Shown here piece after piece: positions 1 to 12,844 of a stretch of DNA of 64,000 nt. This DNA is from Octopus vulgaris (Eukaryota): NCBI GenBank assembly GCA_951406725.2, contig OX597817.1, positions 122,822,001-122,886,000 of the forward strand, in the 5' to 3' direction. Positions within the stretch are counted from its first letter, which is position 1. Each line of letters starts with the position of its first letter. The position numbers were made by a program, and so were the translations under genes. The notes under the pieces were generated by a model. It had not been told where the DNA came from, searched no databases, and saw only the letters and a program-made list of their open reading frames with translations.

Positions 1-155
1 CTAAATGAAAATATTCGCTACTGTCCTTCCCCTCCCCAAACTTTCAGTCCCACTGCAACAAATCTTATCCTTCATATGCCCTTGGACACTGGATGTGTCT
101 TGGCGAGTGGTTGTAACAAACATGCAGGTTAAAAGTAAATAATAATAATACTAAT

Positions 156-202
<47 letters not shown>

Positions 203-220
203 TAATAATGATAATAAGGG

Positions 221-328
221 GCTGATTGCTACCTAGCTCAGATACCAGGAAATCCAAAAATGGCAGAAATTCATAAGATAGTGCTCATGGGAACTGCTCA
301 AATCCTACGCAAAATACTTTCTATGTAA
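221..328 (+). mobile_element. C-terminal remnant of RLE-type (Dong/R4-like) non-LTR retrotransposon
   Basis: Translates ADCYLAQIPGNPKMAEIHKIVLMGTAQILRKILSM*, matching the Q-K-x-V-L-L-G-T-A-x-I-L-R-K terminus of R4/Dong ORFs. Preceded by (TAA)n at 138-217. Confidence 0.7.
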
Positions 329-360
329 TCTGAAGTTTTAAAACACATAATTTTCTTATT

Positions 361-363
<3 letters not shown>

Positions 364-433
<70 letters not shown>
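364..433. repeat. (GA)n microsatellite
   Basis: Direct reading. Confidence 0.98.
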
Positions 434-437
<4 letters not shown>

Positions 438-830
438 CGTTGGGAGAGCCCCTGGGCATTGTGTCTGTTATTATTCTTTCTGCTATTGCAGATAGTGAAG
501 GTGCATCTGCTGCTGGTGTTGTTAATATTGTTGGTGTTGGTGTTCTTCCATCAGTTGCTGATTATATTGTTCCTGTTGTTGATGTTGCCTTTGTTGCTGG
601 GGTTAGTGCCACTTTGTTGTTGTTCACTGATGGTTTAGTTGTGGCTTTTGTGGATCTTGTGTTGGCAGTAATAGGAACCTATGATTCTCTATCTTCTGTT
701 GAGGACAGAAAGCTCTAAAGTGGCCAGTCATCCCAAACAGATGACACCGAAGCCTTCTACTCACAACTGTAATATGCAGCTCTTCTTCTCTTGGAATGCG
801 AATGAGGTCTGGGATCATATGTGGATAATG
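434..830 (-). mobile_element. Decayed gag-like ORF1 fragment (L1/Tx1-type LINE) with zinc knuckle
   Basis: Minus frame IPDLIRIPREEELHITVVSRRLRCHLFGMTGHFRAFCP is CX2CX4HX4C with the second Cys changed to Phe, followed by a Thr/Asn/Gln-rich low-complexity tail. Confidence 0.55.
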
Positions 831-831
831 T

Positions 832-1017
832 CTGAAGATGAAACACCTACAAAAATCAGCATTGCATGGAACTGCAAGAGTTCTTTGTAGGGTTCTTGAA
901 GAATGACCAGAAAACAAGTGTCACTTTAGTCTGCTGGCTGTGGATAGCTGGCACTTTCCATGACACCCAGCAAAATAAGCTGAGTGTCTTAATCAAATAA
1001 TAATAATAATAATAATA
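832..1017 (+). mobile_element. 3' end of Dong/R4-like LINE with (TAA)n tail
   Basis: LKMKHLQKSALHGTARVLCRVLEE*, then a short 3'UTR and (TAA)n. Confidence 0.7.
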
Positions 1018-1220
1018 CTTTCTACTATAGATGCAAGGCTTGAAATTTGAGGGGTGAGGGCTAGTTGATTACATCAGCCCCAGCCCTTAAATGGTAGTTA
1101 TTTCATCGAGCTTGAAATAAGGAAAAGCAGAATTTTAACTTGGAACGTAGTGACACATGAAGTGCCGCTAAGCATTTTGCCCGGCGTGCTGACAATTTTG
1201 GCAGCTGCTGCCTTTAATTA

Positions 1221-1292
<72 letters not shown>

Positions 1293-1507
1293 CCTTTCTA
1301 TTATAGGCACAAGGCCTGAAATTGTGGGGGAGGAAGCTAATCGATTACATCAACCCCAGTGTTTCACTGGTACTTAATTTATCGGCCCTGAAAGGATGAA
1401 AGGCAAAGTCAACCCTGGTGGAATTTGAACTCAGAACATAGCGACAGCCGAAATACTGCTAAGCATTTCATCCAGCATGCTAACGATTCTACCAGCTTGC
1501 TGCCTTA
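1018..1507 (-). mobile_element. Two copies of tRNA-derived SINE family A (1018-1216, 1292-1507) separated by (CTA)n/(TAA)n
   Basis: Reverse complement matches 60163-60393: GGCRAGCTGG head, GAGTTCAAATTCC B-box, body GACTTTGCCTTTCATCCTT...GATAAATTAAGTACCAG resembling the Meta-SINE domain. Confidence 0.85.
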
Positions 1508-2291
1508 ATGATAATTATAAGAATATTAATGCATGATGATGATGATGATGATAATGATAATTAGTGGTGGAAGTTCATAGGTTTCATCTGAGAAGATTAA
1601 AACAAAAAAAAAATGTTACATAAAATCTAAAGTGAATAAACTGAATATAAATATGTTACAATTGTAAATGTGTTTCTAATGCCAAAGCATTTTCTCAAAA
1701 GAGACATCGCTTCGGCATTGAAACACTACTATAAGATTACATACATACATATATACATACATACAAACATACATACATACATACATACATACAACCATAC
1801 ATATATACATACATACATACAACCATACATACATACATACATACACGCATAGAAACGGGCAGACAGACAAACAGACTGTATGTATAATTATATGGTTAAA
1901 CAAATTTGTCAGCTTCCTAATTAAATTTTTTTCTAAATTAATTAGAAATTCACCTTCATTATTTATAATTCTTTCAAAAGGACATGTGGTTTTTTTTATG
2001 TTAAAGAGTAAAATTTTAAAGAGTAAAATATATTGGAATAATATAAGACTGGATATTGCTTCATTCCTTTCTTTCTTCCTTTTTAATCCAAACTGTGATA
2101 TATTACTGCCGCTGTGAATACTTACTTGGAAGAAGAATGTAGATCATGACAAGCCCTATAGAGTAATTGCCACAACACATCTAATTAAACATTTTGCAAA
2201 AAGAAATTATATTCACAAGAGAACACTCAAAGAGATGACCTTTATTTGAAGATTATAAAATTTCTGTTGTAAGAGTTTCACTGGAATGACT

Positions 2292-2500
2292 ATCATCATC
2301 GTTTAATGTCCGTTCTCCATGCTAGCATGTGTTGGACGGTTCGACTGGGGATCTGGAAAGCCAGAAGGCTGCGCCAGGCTCCAGTCTGATCTGGCAGTGT
2401 TTCTACAGCTGGATGCCCTTCCTAATGCCAACCACTCCATGAGTGTAGTGGGTCCTTTTTACGTGCCACCTGCACAGGTGCCAGGCGAGGCTGGCAACGG
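2292..2500 (-). mobile_element. 5'-truncated RTE-LINE 3'UTR copy ((GAT)n-tailed family C)
   Basis: Reverse complement of the GGAAGGGCATCCAGCTGTAGAAAC...GGACGTTAAACGATGATG module also seen at 19140-19320, 31200-31380 and 57397-57589. Confidence 0.85.
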
Positions 2501-4119
2501 CCCAGAATGGAAAACTGCATCAGAGAAGCAGCTCGTCTATTATATTTAATACTAGAATAATTTCGCTGTGAAATACCACAAGACTTGTCAAACTGCTAAT
2601 TTTATATTCTCTGGCAACAGAAAGCATATATGTAAACAAACAAATGAAACTTGAAGAAACAAATAACAATGTGTAACAATTTTTGTCCTTATGTAGCAAC
2701 TGTTATTTCCTAGTCGCTTTCTTTTAGAAAGTATGAAATATGGCTAATATTTTCTTCAAATTTTGCTTTTGTTACATTTATTCAAACCTCAAAGAATCCC
2801 TCTTAACACATGACTATGATGCTCCCTTGACTGTTTCTGCTCATCATCAAGGATGTACATACTGTCAGCCACTAAGGGATATGCTCAAGAAGTGGTTAAG
2901 CTCAAGCAACTGACAAGCAAATCTGTGGAACTGAGCAGAACATTTGCTATGATGATATTTCTGCTTCACCAGCTCAGGGCTGAATCTATCTGAAATGTAA
3001 TGGAAAATAGGTCAGTTTCAAAACATAGATGTCTGGGTCACAAAAGCAAAGAACAAAAGGAATAACAGTCATTTCCTTTAATTTCTAGATAGAGACAAAT
3101 AGGAAATAACACTTACTGACCAAAAACAACAAAAAAAAAAAGAATAAAATGAAAAAGAAAAATGGTAAATCAAAAATTTGTTTACACAATGTTATTTTGT
3201 TAAAATTGAATACTGAAGCTGGATTCTGTTATTGGAAATTTAGGAAGTTCTATAGGGAATGTTCTATATGAATGTTACCCACATTATATGCCCTCTCTAC
3301 ACAAACCCATTCTTTTCTTCGCAGAATATTATAACGTTCAAATCTCTCTCTTTCCTTTCATCTTTTAGTTTTTCTTCAAGCAATTAAGTTATTCAATAGA
3401 AACATTAAAAAATGTCCCTCTCAATATTCCAAGTGGGGATAGTGGATACAGACCTTTCCTTAACATCAATTCATTCAAAACTTGAACAAAGCTTCAGTGA
3501 ACACTTGTCTAATGTCCCAAGAAATATCTGGGTATGATTTTGAACAGCATCCAGTGGGAGTACCCTAGTTCAAGAATTTCAGGGTTCTGAGGAATGTAGA
3601 GCCACTTCTTAGCCACTATTGTTCTCAGGTCTACTCTGACCCAGAGTAAAAGTGTCTGTCAGGGCTCTAGCTGTGGATTAAATTGCCATTTAGTTTGACA
3701 GATGAAGCTCATTATTCTGGCAGGGATGTGGTGGAGGACAACCCATCAAAGGGAAGGGAAACGCTGATTCTGAGCTTTATGGAGTGGGGGAGAAATAGAG
3801 AGGAGAAAGAGGGAAGGGAGGGGAGAGAGAGACAGTAAGAGAGAGAGAACAAGAGAGACAGTAAGAAAGGGAGAGAGGGAGACATAAATGGAAACATAGA
3901 GGGAGAAAGGAGAGAGAGAGAAACAGAAGAACTAGTTATGAGATTAAATTGCACAATTATTAATCACACGTACAGCTAATCAGTTGAACTCATTCCTCTT
4001 ACTATAACTTACACAAGATTCATTTAATGAAGAAAATCTCTGACAAAGCATTCTGAATGAAATGTTAGGCTTCTCTTCTTCCTGATGGCAGAACATCCAT
4101 TTTATTGATTGCTATTCAT

Positions 4120-4930
<811 letters not shown>

Positions 4931-5419
4931 ATTCTTTTAATGGCTGAGTACTCTTAATACTATATGTATGGCTTCATGTGAATATATTTGCAGTTATTCA
5001 ATTGTGGCTTAAATAATTGTGAATATATTTACATGAAACCATTGGAATCATATTAACAGCACTCTATTATTGAAGGAAAAGAAATATTTCACTTATATCA
5101 TCATCACACTCATCATCCTCATCATCTGCATTGTCATCAATTTAAAGATCAATATTCTGTGCTTGCAATGTGAAAACAAGGAGACACAAATGCATACACA
5201 CACATAGGCACACATGCATACACACACACAAACACATGCACATAAACCTATGCATGCACACACACACACACATACAGGCACACACACACACACACACACA
5301 CATTGTGGTGTTGTTCCAGTATAGCTGCAGTCAAATGACAGAAACAAGTGAAAAATAAAAGAATAACATAATACATATATATATATATATATATTTATTA
5401 TGTTATTCTTTTATTTTTC

Positions 5420-5790
5420 ACAAAATTTAAAGGACTGACCACTAAAAGTGGATGGTCAACATGCTAGATGTAGACGTCAAAATCGCTATTTTCCACAAAG
5501 AATATGTTCTCAAATAAAAAACTCAGCACAAACCAAACCATTAAAAAATAAGCAAGACAAATTGCTTATTTTTAATGCTTTGGTTTGTGCTGAGTTTTTT
5601 TATTTGAGAACTCATTCTTTGTGGAAAATAGCGATTTTGACGTCTACATCTAGCATGTTGACCGTCCACTTTTAGTGGTCAGGCCTTTAAATTTTGTATG
5701 TAAAAATATTTTAATCTTCGGATTTTTTTAATATGCTAGGCCACTGGTTTTACTTGATTAATATCAATGTCTACCCTTATCAAATTTTAT
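5420..5790. mobile_element. Palindromic (fold-back) element, probably a Penelope-like pseudo-LTR remnant
   Basis: 5420-5697 is a near-perfect inverted repeat (arms ~135 bp, centre TAAGCAAGACAAATTGCTTA), followed by a unique tail ending at (TA)n. Confidence 0.6.
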
Positions 5791-5965
5791 ATATATATAT
5801 ATATATATATATGTATAAACGTAAGTATGTACATATATGTATGTATATATGCTACTAATTTGATCCCCCTAAGGTATATCCACTATTACCAAAGAGCTTC
5901 AGGAGTATTTGAGAAAATACTACCTTCTCTTTCCCTCTGTCTCTTTCTCTCTCTATATATATATA

Positions 5966-6008
<43 letters not shown>

Positions 6009-6164
6009 ATGTATAGATTTAATAGGCTTATATATGCTTTCCGTATGAATGTTTTTTTTTACGGTGTTGTTTTTACAATCCTGTAAAATAATAATAATAG
6101 TATTTTTATATAAGCTTAAAGCTTATGGCTATCACCGTGCAATGCTAAGGAAAATAGTCTAAAG

Positions 6165-6322
6165 TCAGAATGGCTGTGTAGAAAGAAACTTGTTTCCCAA
6201 CCACATGGTTCTAGTTTCAGTCCCATTGTATGGGACCTTAGGCAAGTTTCTTCTACTACTGCCTCGGACTGACCAAAGTCTTGTGAATGGATTTGGTAGA
6301 CATAAACTGAAAGAAGCCCATC

Positions 6323-6412
<90 letters not shown>

Positions 6413-6467
6413 GTATGTATATATATGTATATACATATGTAAGTATATATATATGTATATATGTGTG

Positions 6468-6499
<32 letters not shown>

Positions 6500-6705
6500 T
6501 GTGCTTATGTGTCTATGTTTGTTCCCCCCACTATCGCTTGACAACCGATGTTGGTGTGTTTACATTCCTGTAACTTAGCAGTTCAGCAAAAGAGAACAAT
6601 AGAATATGTACTAGGCTTACAAAAAATAAGTCTTGGGTTCAATTTGTTTGACTAAATGGCAGTGCCCCAGTATGACCGCAGCCAAATGACTAAAAGAATA
6701 AAAGA
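6165..6705 (+). mobile_element. tRNA-derived SINE family B with internal microsatellite
   Basis: Head TGGCTGTGT...GTTTCAGTCCCA, CORE-like ACCTTAGGCAAGT, internal (TA)n, tail GGCAGTGCCCCAGTATGACCGCAG. About 10 copies in the window. Confidence 0.9.
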
Positions 6706-7033
6706 CACCCGTTGTTAATGTCCTGTTATTTGTATTTGTGTACCATTTCTCTGTTTTTTTCCATGCTAGTTTTCATATACATTCACTGCTTTCTTCCAAG
6801 GAATCTAATGCTCTTAGCTTAGTTTTTCCTTGGGGCTGGCCAGATTGGAACAATCTCGAGTATAACCAACTGAAATTGCAAAGATAATCTGAAACTCGAC
6901 TGAGGGAAGAAAACTCCAAATGATTCATCCTTGTTTTCTTTGTATCATCTATCTGTACGTTTTGTTGTCCCTTTTTTTTGTATTACTTAACTGTCTGGAT
7001 GTTTTGTGTTCTTGTCCCATTTTTATATTTATA

Positions 7034-7065
<32 letters not shown>

Positions 7066-7600
7066 GTGTGCGTTATGTGAATTTATTGAAAGATATCCCA
7101 TAAAACTCAACAAATTTGTTAAAAGTGGAGAAGGGAAGATGTTAAAATTTAAGAGGGTTTTAATTCATGCATACGATCGTTTCAAACAGCAATATTAAAA
7201 CATGCAAATTCATGGTTGAATAGAGATAATTAAATTATTTTGATTCAATTAAATTAATTATATATCATTCTTCTCCTCAGTGCCAGAAGTATAAACAAAA
7301 AAATTATTACAAAGGACTTGATGGAGAAAATAGCAGAGAATGATTTCGAATTTTCATATTTATCCTTATGAGAAATACGAGCATCATAATAATGAATGCG
7401 AGTCTAGTTAATGATAAACTAAAACTCTTCTCCCTTTTTAATAAATTTGTTGAGTTTTATGGGATACCTTTCCTTAAATTCACATAACACACAATATACA
7501 AGTATTATTTTCATATTCACAAACTTACGCCCATAAGCTACCAGCAAAATATGAAGAATCTACATTAGAAATCGTTTTTTGGAATCCTCCCAAATTATAT
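7066..7600 (-). mobile_element. Penelope-like element remnant with ~70 bp inverted arms
   Basis: 7066-7135 is inversely repeated at 7426-7495. Contains a hammerhead core on the minus strand and is flanked by (TA)n on both sides. Confidence 0.6.
7166..7286 (-). ncRNA. Minimal type I hammerhead ribozyme motif with long stem II insert
   Basis: Minus strand: GCA-CUGAGGA-[GAA...~85 nt...UUU]-GAAACGAUCGUA-UGC. Canonical core, self-complementary stem III ACGAUCGU, but only a 3 bp stem I. Confidence 0.5.
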
Positions 7601-7616
7601 ATTATATATGTATATA

Positions 7617-8000
7617 TGTTGTGTCTTGGGAGATTCGGTAAACAAATAATATAATAGTAACACATGCACTGGTTTAATATCATTTCTTGGTTAGTCACTT
7701 GATTAAATATCTAACCAACTTACTACTCAATTGTTTGTTTAATGTGTTAGTTAAGCAATGAATCAGTTGTTATTTTTTTAGTCAAATTTCTGTCGTCACT
7801 GTTGAACAATTTGCTGACTTGCCTTCTCATTCCAATGTCTGATCTGCATCTATCTAAAAATTGGTCTTCTTTTTAATCAACACATTAAACAAATGATCGA
7901 TTTGTTAGTTGGATAAAAATATTCAAACAATAAAGAGATAAAACTGAACCTGTGCATGTGTCATTTTCATTGGTGTTATGACTCTCTCAAAATATAACAA
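7617..8000. mobile_element. Degenerate fold-back element (PLE- or MITE-like)
   Basis: Nested inverted matches CACATGCACTGGTT/AACCTGTGCATGTG and TTTGTTTAATGTGTT/AACACATTAAACAAA. Confidence 0.5.
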
Positions 8001-8364
8001 AATTTGTTTCAACACATGAATTCACATCAAGAAACTTATGCATACATATATATAAGTATGTATATGTATAAAATATATTCTGTCAAAAAATAGCACTTTG
8101 TGACTCAGAATGTTATGTACACAGAGCTTTGACAATCTCATGATGAGTTAGATATGTTTTCACTGAAACCATTTTCACAAATATGAATTGCTTTTTTTTC
8201 TTGCATATTTTCTGGTATTGCTTTCTGGGTTCGTAAAGTAATACATCATCGCCATCGCTATCATCATCATTGTTATTATTGTTGTCATCATCATTGTCTT
8301 TGTCATCATTATTGTCACCACCACCACCACCACCATCATCATTATTATCATTATTATTTCGTTG

Positions 8365-8750
8365 AAGGTGGTGAGCTGGCAGAAACTTTAGCATGCCAGT
8401 CGAAATGCTTAGCAGTATTTCATCTGTCACTACGTTCTGAGTTCAAATTCCGCCAAGGTCAACTTTGCCTTTCATCCTTTTGAGGTCGATTAAATAAATA
8501 CCAGTTACACACTGGGGTTGATATAATCGACTTAATCCGTTTGTCTGTCCTTGTTTGTCCCCTCTGTGTTTAGCCCCTTATGGGTAGTAAAGAAATAGGT
8601 ATTATGCCTGTCGCTATGTTCTGAGTTCAAATTCTACCGAGGTCGACTTTGCCTTTTATCCTTTTGGGGGGCAATAAAATAAGTATCAGATGAACATTGA
8701 GGTCAATATAATCAACTGATCCCCTCCCCTAAGACTGCTGCCCTTGTGGC
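8365..8750 (+). mobile_element. SINE family A, one full copy plus a tandem partial copy
   Basis: GGTGGTGAGCTGGCAGAAAC...GAGTTCAAATTCCGCC; a second B-box/body starts at ~8606. Confidence 0.85.
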
Positions 8751-9569
8751 AAAATTATTATTATTTTGTGTCTGCCTTCCTTGCTATCATGGGCTGGACA
8801 TTTCAAGAAGATTTGCCAAATCAGAGAACCACATCTTGCTTCAGTGTCATAGTTTTGACAATATTTCCATGTCTGGATTCTTATCTGAATGACAACCACT
8901 TGACAATTTATAATGGGTGCTTTCCTTGTGGCACCAGCTCTAACAATGCCTCCCTGTAACTTGCAAACCTGAAGAGCATCCTCAACTAAGAGGCTGCTCT
9001 TCTAAGTAGGTGAACAGAATCTGAGTTCTTCCTTTTACTTCTTTCCTGCTCATAGCTATACCATGAAATTACGATGATGGAAAATTTATGTAATAACTCC
9101 TACTATCACTCAGTTGATAGCAAGACATTCACAACTCTCCTCATACCTCTCCTCCCCACCTACAAACATAATGATGGCATAATAATCATTTATTTATTCA
9201 GTATTTTATAGTCCTATCTGAGCAGGCAATCAAGTAGTTATTGGATAAGAAAATATATGAAAAATAAAATAGTAACCAAGGAAACTAATAATGGTCAGCA
9301 TCATAAAATACAAACCAGGAAATATGATTAACTAAATTAGAAAATTTTATTTTCCATATTGAAGGTAGAAGTTTGGGTTGTGCGGTTAATAAGTTCAAAC
9401 CACAGCCACATGGTTCTAGGTTCAATTCCACAGTTTGGTACTATAAGCAAGTATTTTCTATCATTACTTCCACCTGGATATTCAATATCTAACAAATGGT
9501 AATGTATATGTATTTGCAGGTGTGTGAGTGTCTGTCTGTCTATGTTATATTGTATTGTATTATTCTCTA

Positions 9570-9740
9570 AATGTAAAAATGGTGGTATTGAATTCTGTCT
9601 TTCGCAGTTCCTGTTAAGATGGATCGGTCGTGTTTGTCATCAGAATGAGTGACAAAAGAATTCCAAAAGTCCTTGTGTATAGCCAGCTCCATGCTGGAAG
9701 GAGAAACATAGGAAGATCGTGGCTAAGGTACAAAAGACAT
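9570..9740 (+). mobile_element. RTE-BovB-like LINE ORF fragment
   Basis: Frameshifted LRWIGRV..RMSDKRIPKVLVYSQLHAGRRNIGRSWLRYK. Confidence 0.65.
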
Positions 9741-11969
9741 TCTATTTTTATTTCTGCTGTCAAGGAATGATGTCAGCAGTGATTGACCTGTTAGAAACAT
9801 ATAACCAATGATGCTATAGTTCTCAAATTCAGAAGTAACATAAAATAAAATGCCCTAAATATAGATATATTGGTAAGCTACTTCTGCTTTTGTCATTGTT
9901 GCTGTGTAATATCAGCCACCACCAAAATAAATAAATAAATGAATGAAAGAATGAATAAATAAATAAATGAATAAATAAGTAAATGAGAATGTGATCAAAG
10001 CATTTCATTTTCATTGCAGATGGGATATATAAATGTTTAGAAGGCTGACTCGAGTATAACTCAATGAGCATACTTCTTTCTTTGTAAGTTCTATAAGTAC
10101 TGTGTATTTCTCTTTTATATCCATCAAAACCAAATGAAATCGTAGTTGTACCCATCAAACCAAGTGAAATCATAATCGTATCTGATGCTGGTGTTACATA
10201 AAAAGCATCTATCTAATATTGGGCCTCGTGGAGGCAATGTGGCCGATGCCAGTGGCATATAAAAAGCACCATTTGTGCACTGGGCCTCACGGAGGCAATG
10301 AAAAATGACTGAGACTTTTGGCATTATGCTGGGCTTGAGAAGAAGAACCCTCAAGCCAAGTGAAATCATAGCCATGGCTGATACTGGTACCATGCAACTG
10401 CCCGGGGTAGCTAAGAATTTCTTCATCAAGTTTTAAAAAGGATAGAGCTTAAACACTCGAATTAAGCATGTGACTGGTAACTGATTTTAGTACTGAACAG
10501 TGTAAATACATAAAATTATCTTACCCTATAAATATAAGCATACATACATACATACACATGTACATACTTATATATATACTTACATATATACATACGTTGT
10601 GGGTGATATCCTTCAGTAAGGAGGATATCACCCACATTATCAACAGCTGACCCAAGATGTCTACAAGAAACTGCCTGCTTTTGAGGCATGATAGAGTTGC
10701 AAAGACTATTTACAATGCTATCCACATATAGAATTGCCCTGACATATATATATATCAAAAGCATGTCAAACAGAGCTTTTATTCACACCTTTAAAAACAA
10801 GGAATACTAGTGGAACACTCCAATAAAAACAGCAATTTGGAGAAAACATAATCAACCTGATATTGTTCTGTGGGACAGGGAACAAGAGTCATGCACTGCT
10901 AACCCATTACCTGGCAAAGATGAGTTAACTTCACTTCACCCAATTTCTCCTCTTCATACTGCGATGAGTAAACTTGTCCAAAACATAATTCCAAAAACAG
11001 CCACAGACAAGTTTTTGCATCAATTCGCAGCATTTCTTGCTTTTCTGTTTTCTTTTTTACAAATACACCCAGATGTTGAGCTCAGAAGATGACAATGATT
11101 ATGAACCTTCTATTAGAAGCTTGGATACATCAGATGCGAGTGCAAGCTCGTCTGATAATGGTCATTCCCTCTCAAGTGAAGAGGAGAAGGAGGAGGAGGG
11201 TGGACGAATTTGATGTCGACGTGTGGTGTCGGAAGAATGCATGCTTCCTCCACTACCATGCTTCCCATTCAGTGGAAATCCTGGAATATCAATTAATCAA
11301 GACACAGCAGTTATGACTCCTTTGGATTTTTTTTTTTAGTCTTTTTTGTGACAACAGAATTTTTGATCAAGTTGTGGATGAAACTAATCATTTTGCTGAA
11401 CAAAGCGGAGAAAGAGATTGTATGTGGCGCCCTGCAATGAAGGCAGAAATTTGCGTGTTTTTCACCTTGAAAATGCTTGGGGGTATTGTGAAAATGCCAG
11501 ATCAAGAAATTAACTGATTGAAAGATGAACTACTTGAAAGTGCAATTTTTCAGAAGCTGATCATTTTGAAAAGCTATAATAAGATAAAACAGTATCTTCA
11601 TTTTGTGAATAATGAAAATTTTGATGCAGAAACACATCCCAACAAAAAATTGTATAAATCTTATGATGTGTTTATGATGTTTAGGGAAAACTTTATGAAA
11701 TATTATACCCCTAACCAAAATTTATCTATAATCGAAAGCCTTATGCTGTTGAATGGATGGGTGCAGTACATATCTCTAAAATGGAGGAGGTTTTGTGTGA
11801 AGTATTTTTTTTTTGTGTGTGTGAAGTAAAGATTGGATATGGATATAGAGTAATCATTTATGTTGGCAAAGGAATACAGTTTAATTCAGAATATAGGGAA
11901 TATCCCACGGGTTCTCATGTTGTGTTGTCTCGGATGAAGCCTTTACTTGGTAAAGGTTATTGTGTTACT

Positions 11970-12383
11970 CTCTTTACTCTCTCTTTTACTTGTTTCAGTC
12001 ATTTGACTGCGGCCATGCTGGAGCACCGCCTTTAGTCGAGCAAATCGACCCCAGGACTTATTCTTTGTAAGCCCAGTACTTATTCTATCGGTCTCTTTTG
12101 CCGAACTGCTAAGTGACGGGATGTAAACACACCAGCATTGGTTGTCAAGCAATGCTAGGGGACAAACACAGACACACAAACACACACACACACATACATA
12201 CACATATACATACATATATATGACAGGCTTCTTTCAGTTTCCATCTACTAAATCCACTCACAAGGCATTGGTCGGCCCGGGGCTATAGCAGAAGACACTT
12301 GCCCAAGATGCCACACAGTAGGACTGAACCCGGAACCATGTGGTTGGTTAGCAAGCTACTTACCACACAGCCACTCCTGCGCC
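11970..12383 (-). mobile_element. Young full-length SINE family B inside piggyBac
   Basis: Complete head-to-tail copy flanked by TACT (11966-11969, 12384-12387). Removing it restores GYCVTVENFYT. Confidence 0.92.
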
Positions 12384-12844
12384 TACTGTGGAAAATTTTT
12401 ACACTTGTCTGCAATTAGCCAATACTTTGGCTAGTCACTACACTGATATTTATGGAACTCTCTGTTTGAATAGAAAGGAAGTGCCTGAACAGCTGAAAAG
12501 GGCAAAATTGAAAAAAGAAGCTGCAGCATTTCACAGAGTTAAGGTAATGACTATTTCAACCATTCACAACCCTGCTATGAAGGGTGTTGAGACAAGACAA
12601 GGGCCTGTGAAGAAACCATCAATTCTATATGATTACAATTTTACAATGGTTAGAGTCGACAAGGTTGACCAACAACATAGTAGCTTATCCCATCACAAGA
12701 AAACGGGATAAGAAATATTACAAGAGAGTGTTCTTCCATTTGATGGATCTTGTGGTATGGAATTCTTACATATTGCACAATGAAGCAGTCACTGAGGTAG
12801 GAAAAAAAGCCATCACATACCTGAAATTTCATATGCAGATTACA

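Noticed and set aside
2126-2155. Possible 30-nt minus-strand exon with a GTAAGT donor
   Set aside because: The acceptor lacks a polypyrimidine tract and there is no other support.
6790-6920. Hammerhead-like arrangement (GAAA-TTGCAA palindrome after a stem) in a TA-ending repeat
   Set aside because: No CUGANGA-like strand and no UH cleavage site.
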